Below are positions 48,627-58,976 of a stretch of DNA of 64,000 bases, piece after piece. How positions within the stretch are numbered: position 1 is the stretch's first letter; each line of letters begins with the position of its first letter. A program made the position numbers and the translations under genes. A model generated the notes under the pieces. It saw only the letters and a program-made list of their open reading frames with translations. It had not been told where the DNA came from and made no database searches. The stretch spans positions 1,152,001 through 1,216,000 of the forward strand of contig CAWEJX010000020.1 of the NCBI GenBank assembly GCA_963809485.1, given 5' to 3'. This stretch comes from an uncultured Acidobacteriota bacterium (GTDB taxonomy: Bacteria > Acidobacteriota > UBA6911).

Positions 48627-49050
48627 TTACTCGCCGATGATCTTGATGAGGATGCGCTTTTTGCGCCGGCCGTCGAACTCGCCGTAGAAAATCTGCTCCC
48701 ACGGACCGAAGTCCAGCGCCCCGTTGGTGACGGCGACCACGACCTCGCGGCCCATCACCTGCCGCTTGTGATGTGCGTCGCCGTTCACCTCGCCCGTCCG
48801 GTTATGGTGATAGCGTTCGGGACTTGGGTCGAACGGGGCAAGCTGCTCCAGCCAGCGCGCATAATCTTCGTGCAATCCCGGCTCATCGTCGTTGATGAAG
48901 ACGCTGGCCGTGATGTGCATAGCATTTATCGAGGGCCAGACCTTCGCGGATCCCGCTCTCCCTGAGCGCCGCCTTGACCTGTGGCGTTATGTTAAGAAAG
49001 GCCATGCGGCTCGGGACGTTGACCTCGACCACCTTGCGATACGATTTCAT
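48627..49050 (-). CDS. yjbQ: YjbQ (secondary thiamine-phosphate synthase family), with a +1 frameshift near 48930
   Basis: [25 protein letters not shown]...EGLAL in one frame, [14 protein letters not shown]...NGDAHHK...[13 protein letters not shown] in the next; span 424 nt = 3n+1. Confidence 0.8.
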
Positions 49051-49100
49051 TGCTCGACCTGAAACGGAGAGGGGACAGTCACCAGCGTCCCCCCATTATT

Positions 49101-49313
49101 TTATGCCGCCGCAATGGCTTTTGCGGGGCACCACCATTCGTGGGAAACGCAGACTGCGCAATCGGTGCATTTTTCCGGATCGATTTTCACCGTATAGAGG
49201 TTCAGGCCATCATAGTCGGTAACCTTTTCGACAACAACGATGGCCCGCTCCGGGCACTCCTCGATGCAAACGCCGCATTTTAGACATGTCTTAGGATCTA
49301 TTTTATAGGCCAC
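49101..49313 (-). CDS. 2x[4Fe-4S] ferredoxin
   Basis: CLKCGVCIEECP and CTDCAVC-x6-CP; AAGGAG RBS. Confidence 0.9.
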   Translation of the reverse strand: MAYKIDPKTCLKCGVCIEECPERAIVVVEKVTDYDGLNLYTVKIDPEKCTDCAVCVSHEWWCPAKAIAAA

Positions 49314-49366
49314 AATGAACTCCTTTTGCGATATGAAATTTGTCGATTCCGATTTCCACAGCCCCG

Positions 49367-49948
49367 TTATAGCGTGTAGCCTTCATCCGGCCACATCCTG
49401 TCCCAGGGAGTCGCTTCGCGAAGCTCTTTGGGCAATAACTGGCGGAAGGATTTTTCCGTGTGCACGGGGCCCTGATTCACCTCGATGAAAATCCAGGGCC
49501 GCGTGGTTGACAGCGGTTTCCAGGGTGAGTGGATGAAATTCGGCGGAATCCATATGCAGGTGGACTTGCTGAAAACGTGCTTCTCCATCTCCGGGCCCAT
49601 GTACATCTGGACCTCCGCGCCCAGGTCCATCGGATCCTCCGGGTTGGTCCCGATATGGAACAGGAGTTCGGCATACTTGTGGATATGCGGGGGGTGTCCC
49701 GCCATCTCATGGTTCCATATTACTTCCGGGAGTCCGCCGAACTGCTCCTTCCATTGATCGCTTCCGCGCGTCACTCCGTGAAGAAAAAAGTTTGTGCCTG
49801 GCTCGAAAGGATATATCCAGTGGACCAGATAGAAATAGCTTCCTTTGGCCACCGCATCATCCATGCGCGAAATTACGGGCCTGCGCTCGGTCGGAATTTT
49901 GGGCGTGTTGACGCCATATTGTATAAAGTAGCTGTCATATTTACCCAT
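49367..49948 (-). CDS. Cupin-like hypothetical protein
   Basis: HPPHIH..E.LFHIGTNPEDPMDLGAEV...IWIPPNFIHSPW; AAGGAG RBS. Confidence 0.7.
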   Translation of the reverse strand: MGKYDSYFIQYGVNTPKIPTERRPVISRMDDAVAKGSYFYLVHWIYPFEPGTNFFLHGVTRGSDQWKEQFGGLPEVIWNHEMAGHPPHIHKYAELLFHIGTNPEDPMDLGAEVQMYMGPEMEKHVFSKSTCIWIPPNFIHSPWKPLSTTRPWIFIEVNQGPVHTEKSFRQLLPKELREATPWDRMWPDEGYTL

Positions 49949-50395
49949 TCTCTTTCTCCTTTATGACCTGAAAATCCCGTTTCAAACCGCGATTTCAACC
50001 TTTGTATCGCTTCCCTTCTTTACGGCCTCCTTTACAATGATTGCGACAGAAGAACAGGGCCTGCGTTTGTCGCCGGCGGCTGCAGTGCCGGCTCTTGAGC
50101 GGACGGCAAGAACGGACTGCGGGATATAAACTCTCATCCGATTCCCCTCAAGCTTCGGGCAATCCTGAAGCAAAGGAAACACAATCAGCCTGATGGGCCC
50201 CATTGTAAGCCGAAAATGCGGGATAGACATGGAATAAATTTCGATTCGCATCACAGGGCGAAGGTTCTTGACACCGTTCGCGTTCCTGTGATTAATAGGA
50301 ACCATAGATTTTCGCCTGAAGTTGATATAAGCCTTCGCACGAGCATTTTAGCTGTATTTTGACCGAGTGCTGCATTCCCGAAAGGAGTCCATGCA

Positions 50396-50821
50396 ATGGC
50401 AACAAGACTGACAAAACAGATGAAAGCGCCCTATGACGCCTTTAATGCGCACGATCTGGAGAAATTCCTGGCCCTTCACACGGACGATGTGGAGATCGAA
50501 GATGTACCCGGAGGCAGCAGCGCAAAAGGCATCGATAAAGGGCGGACCTACATTAACAGTTATTTCGAAGGCTTCAAAGACGTCAAGATGAAGCTTATTT
50601 CCTGCATTGCAAGCGGCAACCGGCAATGTGAAGAATTTATTGTCAGCGGCACGCATACGGGGACCTATTATGGTATTCCCGCCACTGGAAAGAAAATGAA
50701 TATTCGCGGGGTCCTAATTCGCCAGCTGAGGAGAGGCAAGACCTGCAGGGTTACCAACTATTACGACTTGGCCGCATTCATGCGCCAACTGGGTATTTCA
50801 GCTCCGCCTGCCCAAAAGTAG
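50396..50821 (+). CDS. SnoaL-like ester cyclase (NTF2 fold)
   Basis: AFNAHDL, GTHTG...GIPATGK, YYD. Confidence 0.88.
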   Translation: MATRLTKQMKAPYDAFNAHDLEKFLALHTDDVEIEDVPGGSSAKGIDKGRTYINSYFEGFKDVKMKLISCIASGNRQCEEFIVSGTHTGTYYGIPATGKKMNIRGVLIRQLRRGKTCRVTNYYDLAAFMRQLGISAPPAQK

Positions 50822-50844
50822 CCGGGCGCTGGCCTCGGTCTTCA

Positions 50845-51105
50845 GTGAGGACGGGTCTCCCTTGATTTTCAGTGCAGACGGGTCTCCAGAGACTGTCTCA
50901 AAACTGCCATCGAGCATCTCACGACAGTCGTTTTGGGACCGACTCTGGGGGCCCGTCCATAAATTTTATCGCGGACGAACGCCAATAAACGCTGACTCAC
51001 GCTGTAAAATTTTAAATAAATACTATTTTCCCAGCAGTTAATGTTAATTGGGTAAGGACGGATCTCCAAAGACTTTCTCAAAACTGCCGACGAGGATCTC
51101 ATGAC
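50845..51105 (+). repeat. REPIN/BIME-like composite repeat (family B, copy 3; palindrome, decamer array, partial palindrome)
   Basis: Tandem arrangement homologous to 8657-8860. Confidence 0.75.
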
Positions 51106-51418
51106 ACTCCTTCCAGCGTGCCGGCAGGTGATCCGTTGAAATGGGACGCTCACGAGAGACCTCTGGTGCGGGCATTCCCTGTCGTTTGCGGCTCAGACCT
51201 GTGCTACCGTAGTCTCATCCGGTGAAGCCGTCACTATCATTTTCTTACAGTTGCTATGAGTGTGAAAACCGGCATAATCATCGGCGATTATGTAAAAGCC
51301 GGGAGGTGTTGTTCAGGGTTTGCCGCAGCCCTGTTCCCCTGGACCGGCCATTGAACGGATTTGAGCGCCGGAAATATCCGGCGTTTTCAAAAGCATTGCT
51401 GCACGTGGAGGTGCAAGC

Positions 51419-52732
51419 ATGAGCGAGCGAAAAAAATTCTTCGACATAAGAAAAGAAGAGCTTCCGTTCTCTTTGTTGATGGCCGGGTATTTCTTCCTGG
51501 TCATTACAAGCTTCTGGGTTTTGAAGCCGATCAAAAAATCAATATTCATTGCCTACTACAAGGAAGCCGGGACCTTCAACCTTTTCGGCTGGCACATGCT
51601 CGGGTCGCAGGCGGAGCTTCTCGCCAAGGTGCTGAACATGGTCGTCGCCGCCGTGGCCGTCGCCGTGTTTACGATCCTCTGCCGCAAATTTTTCCGCCAG
51701 CAGCTCACCTGCATTTTCTCCATTTTCTCCATTGCGTTGCTCGTCGTCTATTTCTTTTTGCTGGCAAAGCCCAACGGGGCGACCGTCTGGACGTTTTACC
51801 TGTTCGGCGACCTCTTCAACACCTTGATGGTCCCAACCTTTTTTGCATTCCTGAACGACAGCGTCACCGGTGATCAGGCCAAGAGGCTATATGGGCTGGT
51901 AGGATTCGGAGGGGTAGCCGGCGGAGCTTTCGGCTCCATTACGCTCGCGGCGCTGATCTCCCAGGTATCGACCAATGTGTGGATGCTGATATTGATCGCG
52001 GTCGTTCTTATCATCATGGTCATGGCCTATGCCGCCTCCCGAAGGATACCGGCAGGCGGCGCCCCGGCGGCGCATTCCCCCAAGGCCAAGATGGACGGCA
52101 AAGAGAGCAACGCCGCGTTAGAGGGGGCGAGGCTGGTGTTCCGTTCTCGTTACCTTCTGGCGATTGTGGCGATTGTCGGTTTTTACGAAATGGTATCGAC
52201 GATCATGGACTTCCAGTTCTCCGCGAGCGTGGAGCACTTTGTGGCCGCCGCCGGCATCGGCGAGCATTTTTCGCGGGTGTTTGCCATAACGAATCTGAGC
52301 GCGATGGTTGTTCAGCTGCTTTTCACAAGCTTCGTCATGACCCGGTTCGGGATCGGGATTGCCTTGCTGGTCCTGCCCATCGCCGCGCTCGGGGGTTCCG
52401 CGGGCTTCTTCCTGTTCCCTGCCCTGTGGACCGGCAGCTTCCTGAACACGGCGGACAATGCCTTCAGCTACTCGATCAACCAGTCGGCAAAGGAAGCGCT
52501 GTACGTTCCCACGACCCGGGAGGAAAAGTACAAGGCCAAAGCCTTCATCGACATGTTCGTCCAGCGTTTCGCAAAATCGATCGCCGTCGGCATCAGCCTT
52601 GTGCTGACGACGTTCTTCGCAAGCTTCTCGGCCATCCGCTGGCTGTCGCTGGTTGTGGCCGCCATCCTGGTTGCCTGGATTTTTGCCGCGCGCTATGCGG
52701 GCAAAAAGTTCGACGAATACAACAAGGCTTAG
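51419..52732 (+). CDS. Npt1/Npt2 (TLC ATP/ADP translocase-like) MFS transporter, no HEAT/cNMP extension
   Basis: LKPIKKS.F, QAKRLYG..G.GG..GG, YSINQSAKEALYVP..REEKYKAKAFID. Confidence 0.85.
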   Translation: MSERKKFFDIRKEELPFSLLMAGYFFLVITSFWVLKPIKKSIFIAYYKEAGTFNLFGWHMLGSQAELLAKVLNMVVAAVAVAVFTILCRKFFRQQLTCIFSIFSIALLVVYFFLLAKPNGATVWTFYLFGDLFNTLMVPTFFAFLNDSVTGDQAKRLYGLVGFGGVAGGAFGSITLAALISQVSTNVWMLILIAVVLIIMVMAYAASRRIPAGGAPAAHSPKAKMDGKESNAALEGARLVFRSRYLLAIVAIVGFYEMVSTIMDFQFSASVEHFVAAAGIGEHFSRVFAITNLSAMVVQLLFTSFVMTRFGIGIALLVLPIAALGGSAGFFLFPALWTGSFLNTADNAFSYSINQSAKEALYVPTTREEKYKAKAFIDMFVQRFAKSIAVGISLVLTTFFASFSAIRWLSLVVAAILVAWIFAARYAGKKFDEYNKA

Positions 52733-52769
52733 AGGCAGGCGAGAACCTCCAAGTCTCGAAGAATCTCCA

Positions 52770-53528
52770 TTAGTGCAAAGACATGCCGCCGTCGTGGACG
52801 ATCAGCTGCCCCGTGATCATCTGGCTGTCCTCGCTGGCCAGGTAGATGGCTGTTCCCACGAGGTCCTGCGGGTAAGCCGGCCTTTTGATGCATCGCATGG
52901 GTATCTGAACCTCATCGAGGGGGACAGAGGGGAATTTTTTATTCCTGTCGAACTCGTCGCCGCCCTCGGAATGTGTGAAGCCGGGCGCAATCGCATTCAC
53001 GTTGATTTTGTAATCGCCCAGTTCGCGGGCCATTCCGCGGGTGAAAGCCATCACGGCCCCCTTTGATGAAATGTAATGGGGCAATCCCGGAACGCCTTCG
53101 AATACGGTTCCGGAAGAGACGTTGATGATTTTGCCCCCTTTATCTTTCATGAATGGGAAAACGGCCTTGACGCAGTGAAACGGGCCCAGCGTGTTGGTTG
53201 CCATCACCTGCATCCACTCTTCCGTCGTCACTTCCATGAAGGGCTTGATCGTGACCAGGGTTCCCGCATTGTTGACCAGGATGTCGATCGAGCCGAACCG
53301 TTCCACGGCGGCCTTGGCCAGCGCGTCGCACTGATCCTGCTTCGTGACATCTGTCTTCACATAGAGAGCCTGGCCTCCCGCCTTTTCAATGGCAGCGCCG
53401 GTATGGCTCCCGTCGCGGATATCTCCGATGACGACTTTCGCGCCTTCCTTGCCAAAACCTATGGCGAAGGCAGCTCCGATGCCGCGGGCGGCCCCGGTTA
53501 CGATTGCGACCTTGTCTTTCAGCCTCAT
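52770..53528 (-). CDS. Short-chain dehydrogenase/reductase
   Basis: TGAARGIG, NNAG, YISSKG, VNAIAPG. Confidence 0.93.
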   Translation of the reverse strand: MRLKDKVAIVTGAARGIGAAFAIGFGKEGAKVVIGDIRDGSHTGAAIEKAGGQALYVKTDVTKQDQCDALAKAAVERFGSIDILVNNAGTLVTIKPFMEVTTEEWMQVMATNTLGPFHCVKAVFPFMKDKGGKIINVSSGTVFEGVPGLPHYISSKGAVMAFTRGMARELGDYKINVNAIAPGFTHSEGGDEFDRNKKFPSVPLDEVQIPMRCIKRPAYPQDLVGTAIYLASEDSQMITGQLIVHDGGMSLH

Positions 53529-53747
53529 TTCAGTCCTCCTTTTCGTTTGAAAGTCCGTTATGTCTGCGGATGAAGATCCTATCTTTGCCGAATTATGGCT
53601 AATTTTCCAACCCGAAAGCCAAATTTATGCAAAGATACGGCAACAATCCCTGTCCGGGAACCAGGATAAAGCCCTAAAGGTGTTTCCGGGAAATGGTCAT
53701 TCTCAATTCCTATCGATCGTGATTCGCATAAGTCAGAACATAAGGAG

Positions 53748-55094
53748 ATGCCGCCTATGGATAAACAAAAGCCGGAATTGACCCGCGAGGAAAAGCGCGA
53801 GCGAAGGCTCAAGGACTATCTTTATCCGCCGCCCCTGATCAAGTTTCGCGACGCGAAAGCAGAGACTCTCTACAAGGAGAGAGCGGCCCGCGTGATGGCC
53901 GCCCACATGTGCCAAAAACCCGATCGAGTGCCCGTATCCCTTCCCACGGGTGCATACCCGGCCTATTACGCCGGCTATGACTATAAAAGGATGATGTACG
54001 ACTACAAGGCGTGCAGGGAAGCCATGACCAAATTCATGTGGGACTTCTACAAGGACATGGACACTTTCATGGGCGGAGGTTCGATCCCCGGTCGGGCGCT
54101 GGACATAATGGACAATATCAACTACGCCTGGCCCGGCCACGGCGTGGGCGACGACGCCACGACTCATCAGTATATCGAAGCCTCGTACATGCAGCCCGAC
54201 GAATACGACGCCTATATCAGGGATCCTTCCGACTTCGGGTTCAGGTTACTCACGCCGCGCACCGTCAGGGCGCTTGAACCTTTGAAATACTTCCCTGCCT
54301 TGAACGGACTTCTGGCCATACCATTGGAGCTGGCGAATCCGTTTGCCAGGCCGGATGTGCGGGAGGCCTTCAAAAAGCTGATCGCGGCCGGAGAGGAGAT
54401 CGAGAGGCAGCAGAAGGAAAACATGATCTTTTTTATGGAATGCCTTTCGGCCGGATTCCCGATGAGCCGCGGAGCCATGGGCACGGCCCCGTTTGACCTG
54501 ATCGCGGACGTTCTGCGCGGGACCCGGGGGATTGCCGTGGATATGTACCGGCGGCCCGAGAAGATTCTCGAGGCGGTCGAGGTCATCACGAAACTGGCCA
54601 TCCCCAGGATGATCCACAGCGTGAATGCCATGGGCGGCACCTCGGTCATGTTTCCGCTGCACAAAGGCGACGACACCTTTATGTCGCGCAAACAATTCGA
54701 AAAATTTTACTGGCCCACTCTAAAGAGAGTCATTGACGCCCTGATCGACGAGGGCATCATGGCGTTCCTGTTCGCGGAGGGATCGTACAACGAAAGGCTG
54801 GATTATCTCGGCGACTTCCCGAAAGGATGGGTGACCTGGATGTTCGACCGGACCGACATGGCTCAGGCGAAAAAAAAGGTCGGCGACACATGCTGCATTT
54901 CCGGGAACGTTCCCGCATCGCTGATGGTCGCGGGCACTCCCAAAGAGGTTAAGGAATGCTGCCGCCGTCTTATCGAGACCTGCGCTCCCGGAGGCGGCTA
55001 CATACTGACCGGAGGCGCGCATGCCACGGAGACGAAGAATCCGGATAATTTCAGGGTCTTCATGGAAGCGGCCGTTGAATACGGCACCTATTAA
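53748..55094 (+). CDS. Uroporphyrinogen decarboxylase/MtaA-CmuA family protein (probable corrinoid methyltransferase-like)
   Basis: PDRVPV, PFD...LRGT, FMS..QFEKFYWP, GNVP, APGGGYIL. Confidence 0.85.
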   Translation: MPPMDKQKPELTREEKRERRLKDYLYPPPLIKFRDAKAETLYKERAARVMAAHMCQKPDRVPVSLPTGAYPAYYAGYDYKRMMYDYKACREAMTKFMWDFYKDMDTFMGGGSIPGRALDIMDNINYAWPGHGVGDDATTHQYIEASYMQPDEYDAYIRDPSDFGFRLLTPRTVRALEPLKYFPALNGLLAIPLELANPFARPDVREAFKKLIAAGEEIERQQKENMIFFMECLSAGFPMSRGAMGTAPFDLIADVLRGTRGIAVDMYRRPEKILEAVEVITKLAIPRMIHSVNAMGGTSVMFPLHKGDDTFMSRKQFEKFYWPTLKRVIDALIDEGIMAFLFAEGSYNERLDYLGDFPKGWVTWMFDRTDMAQAKKKVGDTCCISGNVPASLMVAGTPKEVKECCRRLIETCAPGGGYILTGGAHATETKNPDNFRVFMEAAVEYGTY

Positions 55095-55199
55095 TTTGCT
55101 GGAGACCAGGAGGCATAGAGGTTCACAATATTAACCTCCAAGCCTCTAAGTCTCAAAATCGGCCGCACGCGCAAAGGCGGAAGTGGAGGTTTTTCATCG

Positions 55200-57885
55200 A
55201 TGGGCGCCAAAAAAATTGACATTGGAGCGGACAGGCAGGTTATCCGGGGGTCGGGCCTTATAGGATCGGGAGATTCCGGGGTCCCTACGCTGGTCGACGT
55301 GAAGGACGGCAGGATCACGAGGATCAGGCCCCTGGACTACGAAATGAATTACGACCGGAAGGATTTCAACGCCTGGAAGATCGAGGCAAAAGGAAAAATT
55401 CTCGAGCCTCCCATGCGAGGCGTCGTCGGCCCCATCGGGCTGGCATACAAGAAGCGGGTGTATTCCAGGAATCGGGTTCGCTACCCGCTTAAACGCATCG
55501 ACTGGGATCCCAACGGCGAGCGCAATACGCAGAACCGGGGCAAAAGCGGCTACGTTCGCATTTCCTGGGACGAGGCTGCGGAGCTGGTGGCCTCGGAGCT
55601 GAAGCGCATCGGCAAGACCTACGGCCCGGAAGCGGTGCTGTCGCAGGCCGACATGCACGGCGAGAGCAAGCACCTCAGCCCCAGCCACGGCTGCGCCAAC
55701 AGGCTCCTCTCCCTGCTGGGCGGCTACACCGTCCAGATGCGCAACATGGACAGCTGGGAAGGCCAGAACTGGGGCGCCAAGCATGTCTGGGGCTGCGAGC
55801 CCGTCGGCGAGATGATGCCGGCTGCCAACCTGTATCCCGATATCGCCAAACACGGGGAGATGCTTCTCTTCTGGGGCTGCGACCCGGAAACGACGCCTCA
55901 CGCCATCCAGGGCATGATGGCCAGCCGCCTGTGCTACTGGCTGACCGAGATCGGCCTGAAGTCCGTCTACATCTGTCCGGATCTGAACTACGGCGCGGCC
56001 GTGCACGCCGACAAGTGGATACCCATCCTGCCCAATACGGACGCGGCGCTGCAGCTGGCCATCGCTTATGTCTGGATCACGGAAGGAACTTACGACAAGG
56101 ACTACATCGCGGCGCACGCCTACGGCTTTGAAAAGTTCGAGGACTATGTACTCGGCAAAGAGGATGGCGTGCCCAAGACGCCCGCGTGGGCGTCGGAAAA
56201 GTGCGGCGTCCCGGAGTGGACCATCAAAGCCCTCGCGAGGGACTGGGCGAACAAAACGGCAAGCATTATCCACGGCAATGCCGGGCCCGGAATACGCGGG
56301 CCGTTCTCGACCGAGCCGGCGCGCCTGGAAACCATGCTTCTGGGTATGCGAGGACTGGGCAAGCCCGGCGTTCACCAGGCAAAGATGCTCGAATGGTGGA
56401 TATGGCGCGAGTTTTACCCCCTTCCCTACCAGGGGAAAATACGGCCGCAGCTCGCGCATTTCGCGGAGGGAGTCCGTCCCGCAGGCAGCATGGATTCCTC
56501 GGAAATGACGCCGCCTGCCTACATGGGCAGGCATCCGGAAATGCTGGAGCTGATGAAAATGACGAAGAATCCTCCGCTCCAGTCCATCCCCAAGTGCCTG
56601 ATTCACGACGCCATCCTGAATCCTCCCGTCAGCTGGTGGGGATTGCACGCTTTTCTGCGAGCCGGCCGCGGCGCAGTTCACCCGGCATACATATCCGGCT
56701 CCGGGATGCTCCGAAATCCACATGATCTGGACTGACTCTCCTTGCTGGATCACCTGCTGGAACGACTCCAATTCCTTCATCAAGGCTTTGCAGAAACCTA
56801 CCATCGAGTGCGTCGTGGCGCAGCATCCCTGGATGGAAAACGACTGCCTGATGGCGGACATCGTTCTCCCGGTCGCCACCCGGTTTGAAATGATCGATAT
56901 CGGCAACGATATGGGCAGCGGCGCGTTTGTCTCCGTTTTCCTGGAAGATCCCTGCATCGATCCGGTGGGCGAGTCGCTCAACGACTTCGACATCGTGGCA
57001 AAAATCGCCGACAAGCTGGGGCTGCGGGAGGAGTACACGCTGGGGAAGACGCACGAGGAAAAGCAAAAGCTCGCCTTCGAAGCCTCCGGCGTGCCGCCGC
57101 TGATATCCTTCGAGGAGTTGCGGAAGAAGCAGTATTTTGTGATGCCCTGCAATCCCGAGGTTCAGAACGTGCCGCCCGGGCTGAGCGAGTTCTGCAGAGA
57201 CCCTAAAAGCAGCCCGCTGACCACCCCCACCGGCCTGCTGGAGTACTCCTCGTCAGCCCTGGAAAAGCATTTCCCGGACGATCCCGAAAGGCCGCCGGTA
57301 CCCCACTGGATCGAAAAAGGCGAAAGCCACGACGAACGCCTCAGCAGCAAACGGGCTCAAAAGTATCCGCTCCTGTGCATGTCGAACCACCCGCGGTGGC
57401 GCATGCACGCCCAGGGGGACGACATTACCTGGACGCGGGAGGTGCCCACCATGAAGATCAAGGGCCCCGACGGCTACCTGTATGAACCCGTGTGGATCCA
57501 TACCACCGAAGCCGCGGCGCGCGGAATCCGGCAGGGCGACATCGTGAAGGTCTACAACGAACGGGGCATTGTGCTGGGCGGCGCTTACGTGACGGAGCGG
57601 GTCATGCCTCGCGTAGCCTACATGGACCACGGATCGAGATGGGACCCGATCATCCCCGGCAAGCTGGACAGGGGCGGCGCCATCAACACCATCACGCCGC
57701 ACAAAGTCACGTCCGAGAAAGCAACGGGCATGGTTGTCAGCGGCTTTCTTGTCGAGGTGGCCAAGGTGACCGATGAAGAGATGGCAGCGTGGCGCAGGGG
57801 CTATCCGGAAGCTTTCAACCGGGACTACGATCCGGCCACGGGGGTATCGCTTTCCGGCTGGCTCATCAGAGAACAGGAGGCATAA
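55200..57885 (+). CDS. Molybdopterin oxidoreductase, pyrogallol transhydroxylase large-subunit-like; +1 frameshift at about 56651-56654
   Basis: RVRYPLKR, DSWEG (Ser ligand motif), WGCDPETT, HPRWRMH; removing one T in GCTTTTCTGC joins ORFs 55200 and 56722 (HAFCEPAAAQFTRHTYPAPGCSEIHMIW). Confidence 0.85.
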
Positions 57886-58709
57886 TGGCTAAGGCATTCG
57901 TGATTGATGTTGCGAGATGCTGCGGTTGCTACAACTGCCAGCTGGCGTGCAAGGATGAGCACGTGGAGAACGACTGGACGCCTTACGCCAGACCGCAGCC
58001 GGAAACGGGCCAGTTCTGGCTCAAACTGCAGGAAAATGTCTGCGGAACCGTCCCGAAAGTGAGGATGCATTACATACCGTTGTTGTGCAATCACTGCAGG
58101 AACGCTCCGTGCATCGAGGCGTGCCCGTACGGCGCGATTTCGAAGAGAGACGACGGGCTGGTGATCATCGGTCCCGAGAAGTGTAAAGGGAGCGAAGGCT
58201 GCAAAGCTTGCGTGGCCGCCTGCCCCTATGGCGCGATTTATTTCAACGACAGGCTGGGACTGGCGCAGAAATGTACCGGCTGCGCCCATCTGCTGGACAA
58301 CGGGTACAAGCTGCCGCGCTGCGTGGAATCCTGTCCGACCGATGCTATGAAATTCGGCGAGGAAGCGGACCTGAGGAGCTTTATCGAGGGCGCAACCGTA
58401 TTCAAGCCCGAGACCGGGTGCGGGCCAAAGGTGTTTTACCGGAACATTCCGGGCAAATTCATCGCCGGGACGGTATACGACCCTGTCGAGAAGGAAGTTG
58501 TGATCGGGGCGCGCTGCCTGCTGACATCCGGAGGCAAGCTGGTCGAGACCTTCACCGACGCTTACGGCGATTTCTGGTTCCAGGACCTTGCCGTCGGCAG
58601 GTACGGCGTAAGCATCGAGGCTAAGGGATTCCAGGGAAAGTATTTTGCCGATCTTGACACCACCGGGGACGTCAACCTGGGCGACATCCCTCTTGCCAGG
58701 CAGGAATAA
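57885..58709 (+). CDS. Fe-S beta subunit, transhydroxylase small-subunit-like
   Basis: Four Cys clusters (CCGCYNC..C, CNHC..PC..C, C..C..CP, CTGC...C..CP) plus C-terminal TD.YGDF.F..L..G.Y beta domain; TAATG overlap. Confidence 0.88.
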   Translation: MAKAFVIDVARCCGCYNCQLACKDEHVENDWTPYARPQPETGQFWLKLQENVCGTVPKVRMHYIPLLCNHCRNAPCIEACPYGAISKRDDGLVIIGPEKCKGSEGCKACVAACPYGAIYFNDRLGLAQKCTGCAHLLDNGYKLPRCVESCPTDAMKFGEEADLRSFIEGATVFKPETGCGPKVFYRNIPGKFIAGTVYDPVEKEVVIGARCLLTSGGKLVETFTDAYGDFWFQDLAVGRYGVSIEAKGFQGKYFADLDTTGDVNLGDIPLARQE

Positions 58710-58976
58710 TGGCATTGAGGGGTCTGCCTTCCGCTTGCGGATGGATGACGCGGACATATGCCGGGAAAAGCGCCGACGCACGCTGACAATATATGGATTT
58801 ATTCCATCGGTGCGGGTCCAGCGTCTGCGGATCGCGCAACCGGAGCGTTCGGCAAAATAGCGCTTAATGGAATGGAATTGTTTTTGCAGTTCGGATATAG
58901 TGCATTCCCATCAGTCAATCGATTCATTCAGGCGGGCTTGGAAAAAAAGAGGAACGTAACACTCTGAGGAGGCATT

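Noticed and set aside
49982-50305. 107-aa minus-strand ORF
   Set aside because: No RBS or motif; probably an intergenic promoter region between divergent genes
56640-56735. Programmed frameshift or genuine split of the Mo enzyme
   Set aside because: No slippery heptamer or stimulatory structure seen; one extra T in a homopolymer explains it, matching other indels in the window
55194-57152. 652-aa minus-strand ORF (also 26101-27612, 41552-43015, 57825-58781)
   Set aside because: Antisense shadows of well-supported genes in GC-rich DNA; no motifs
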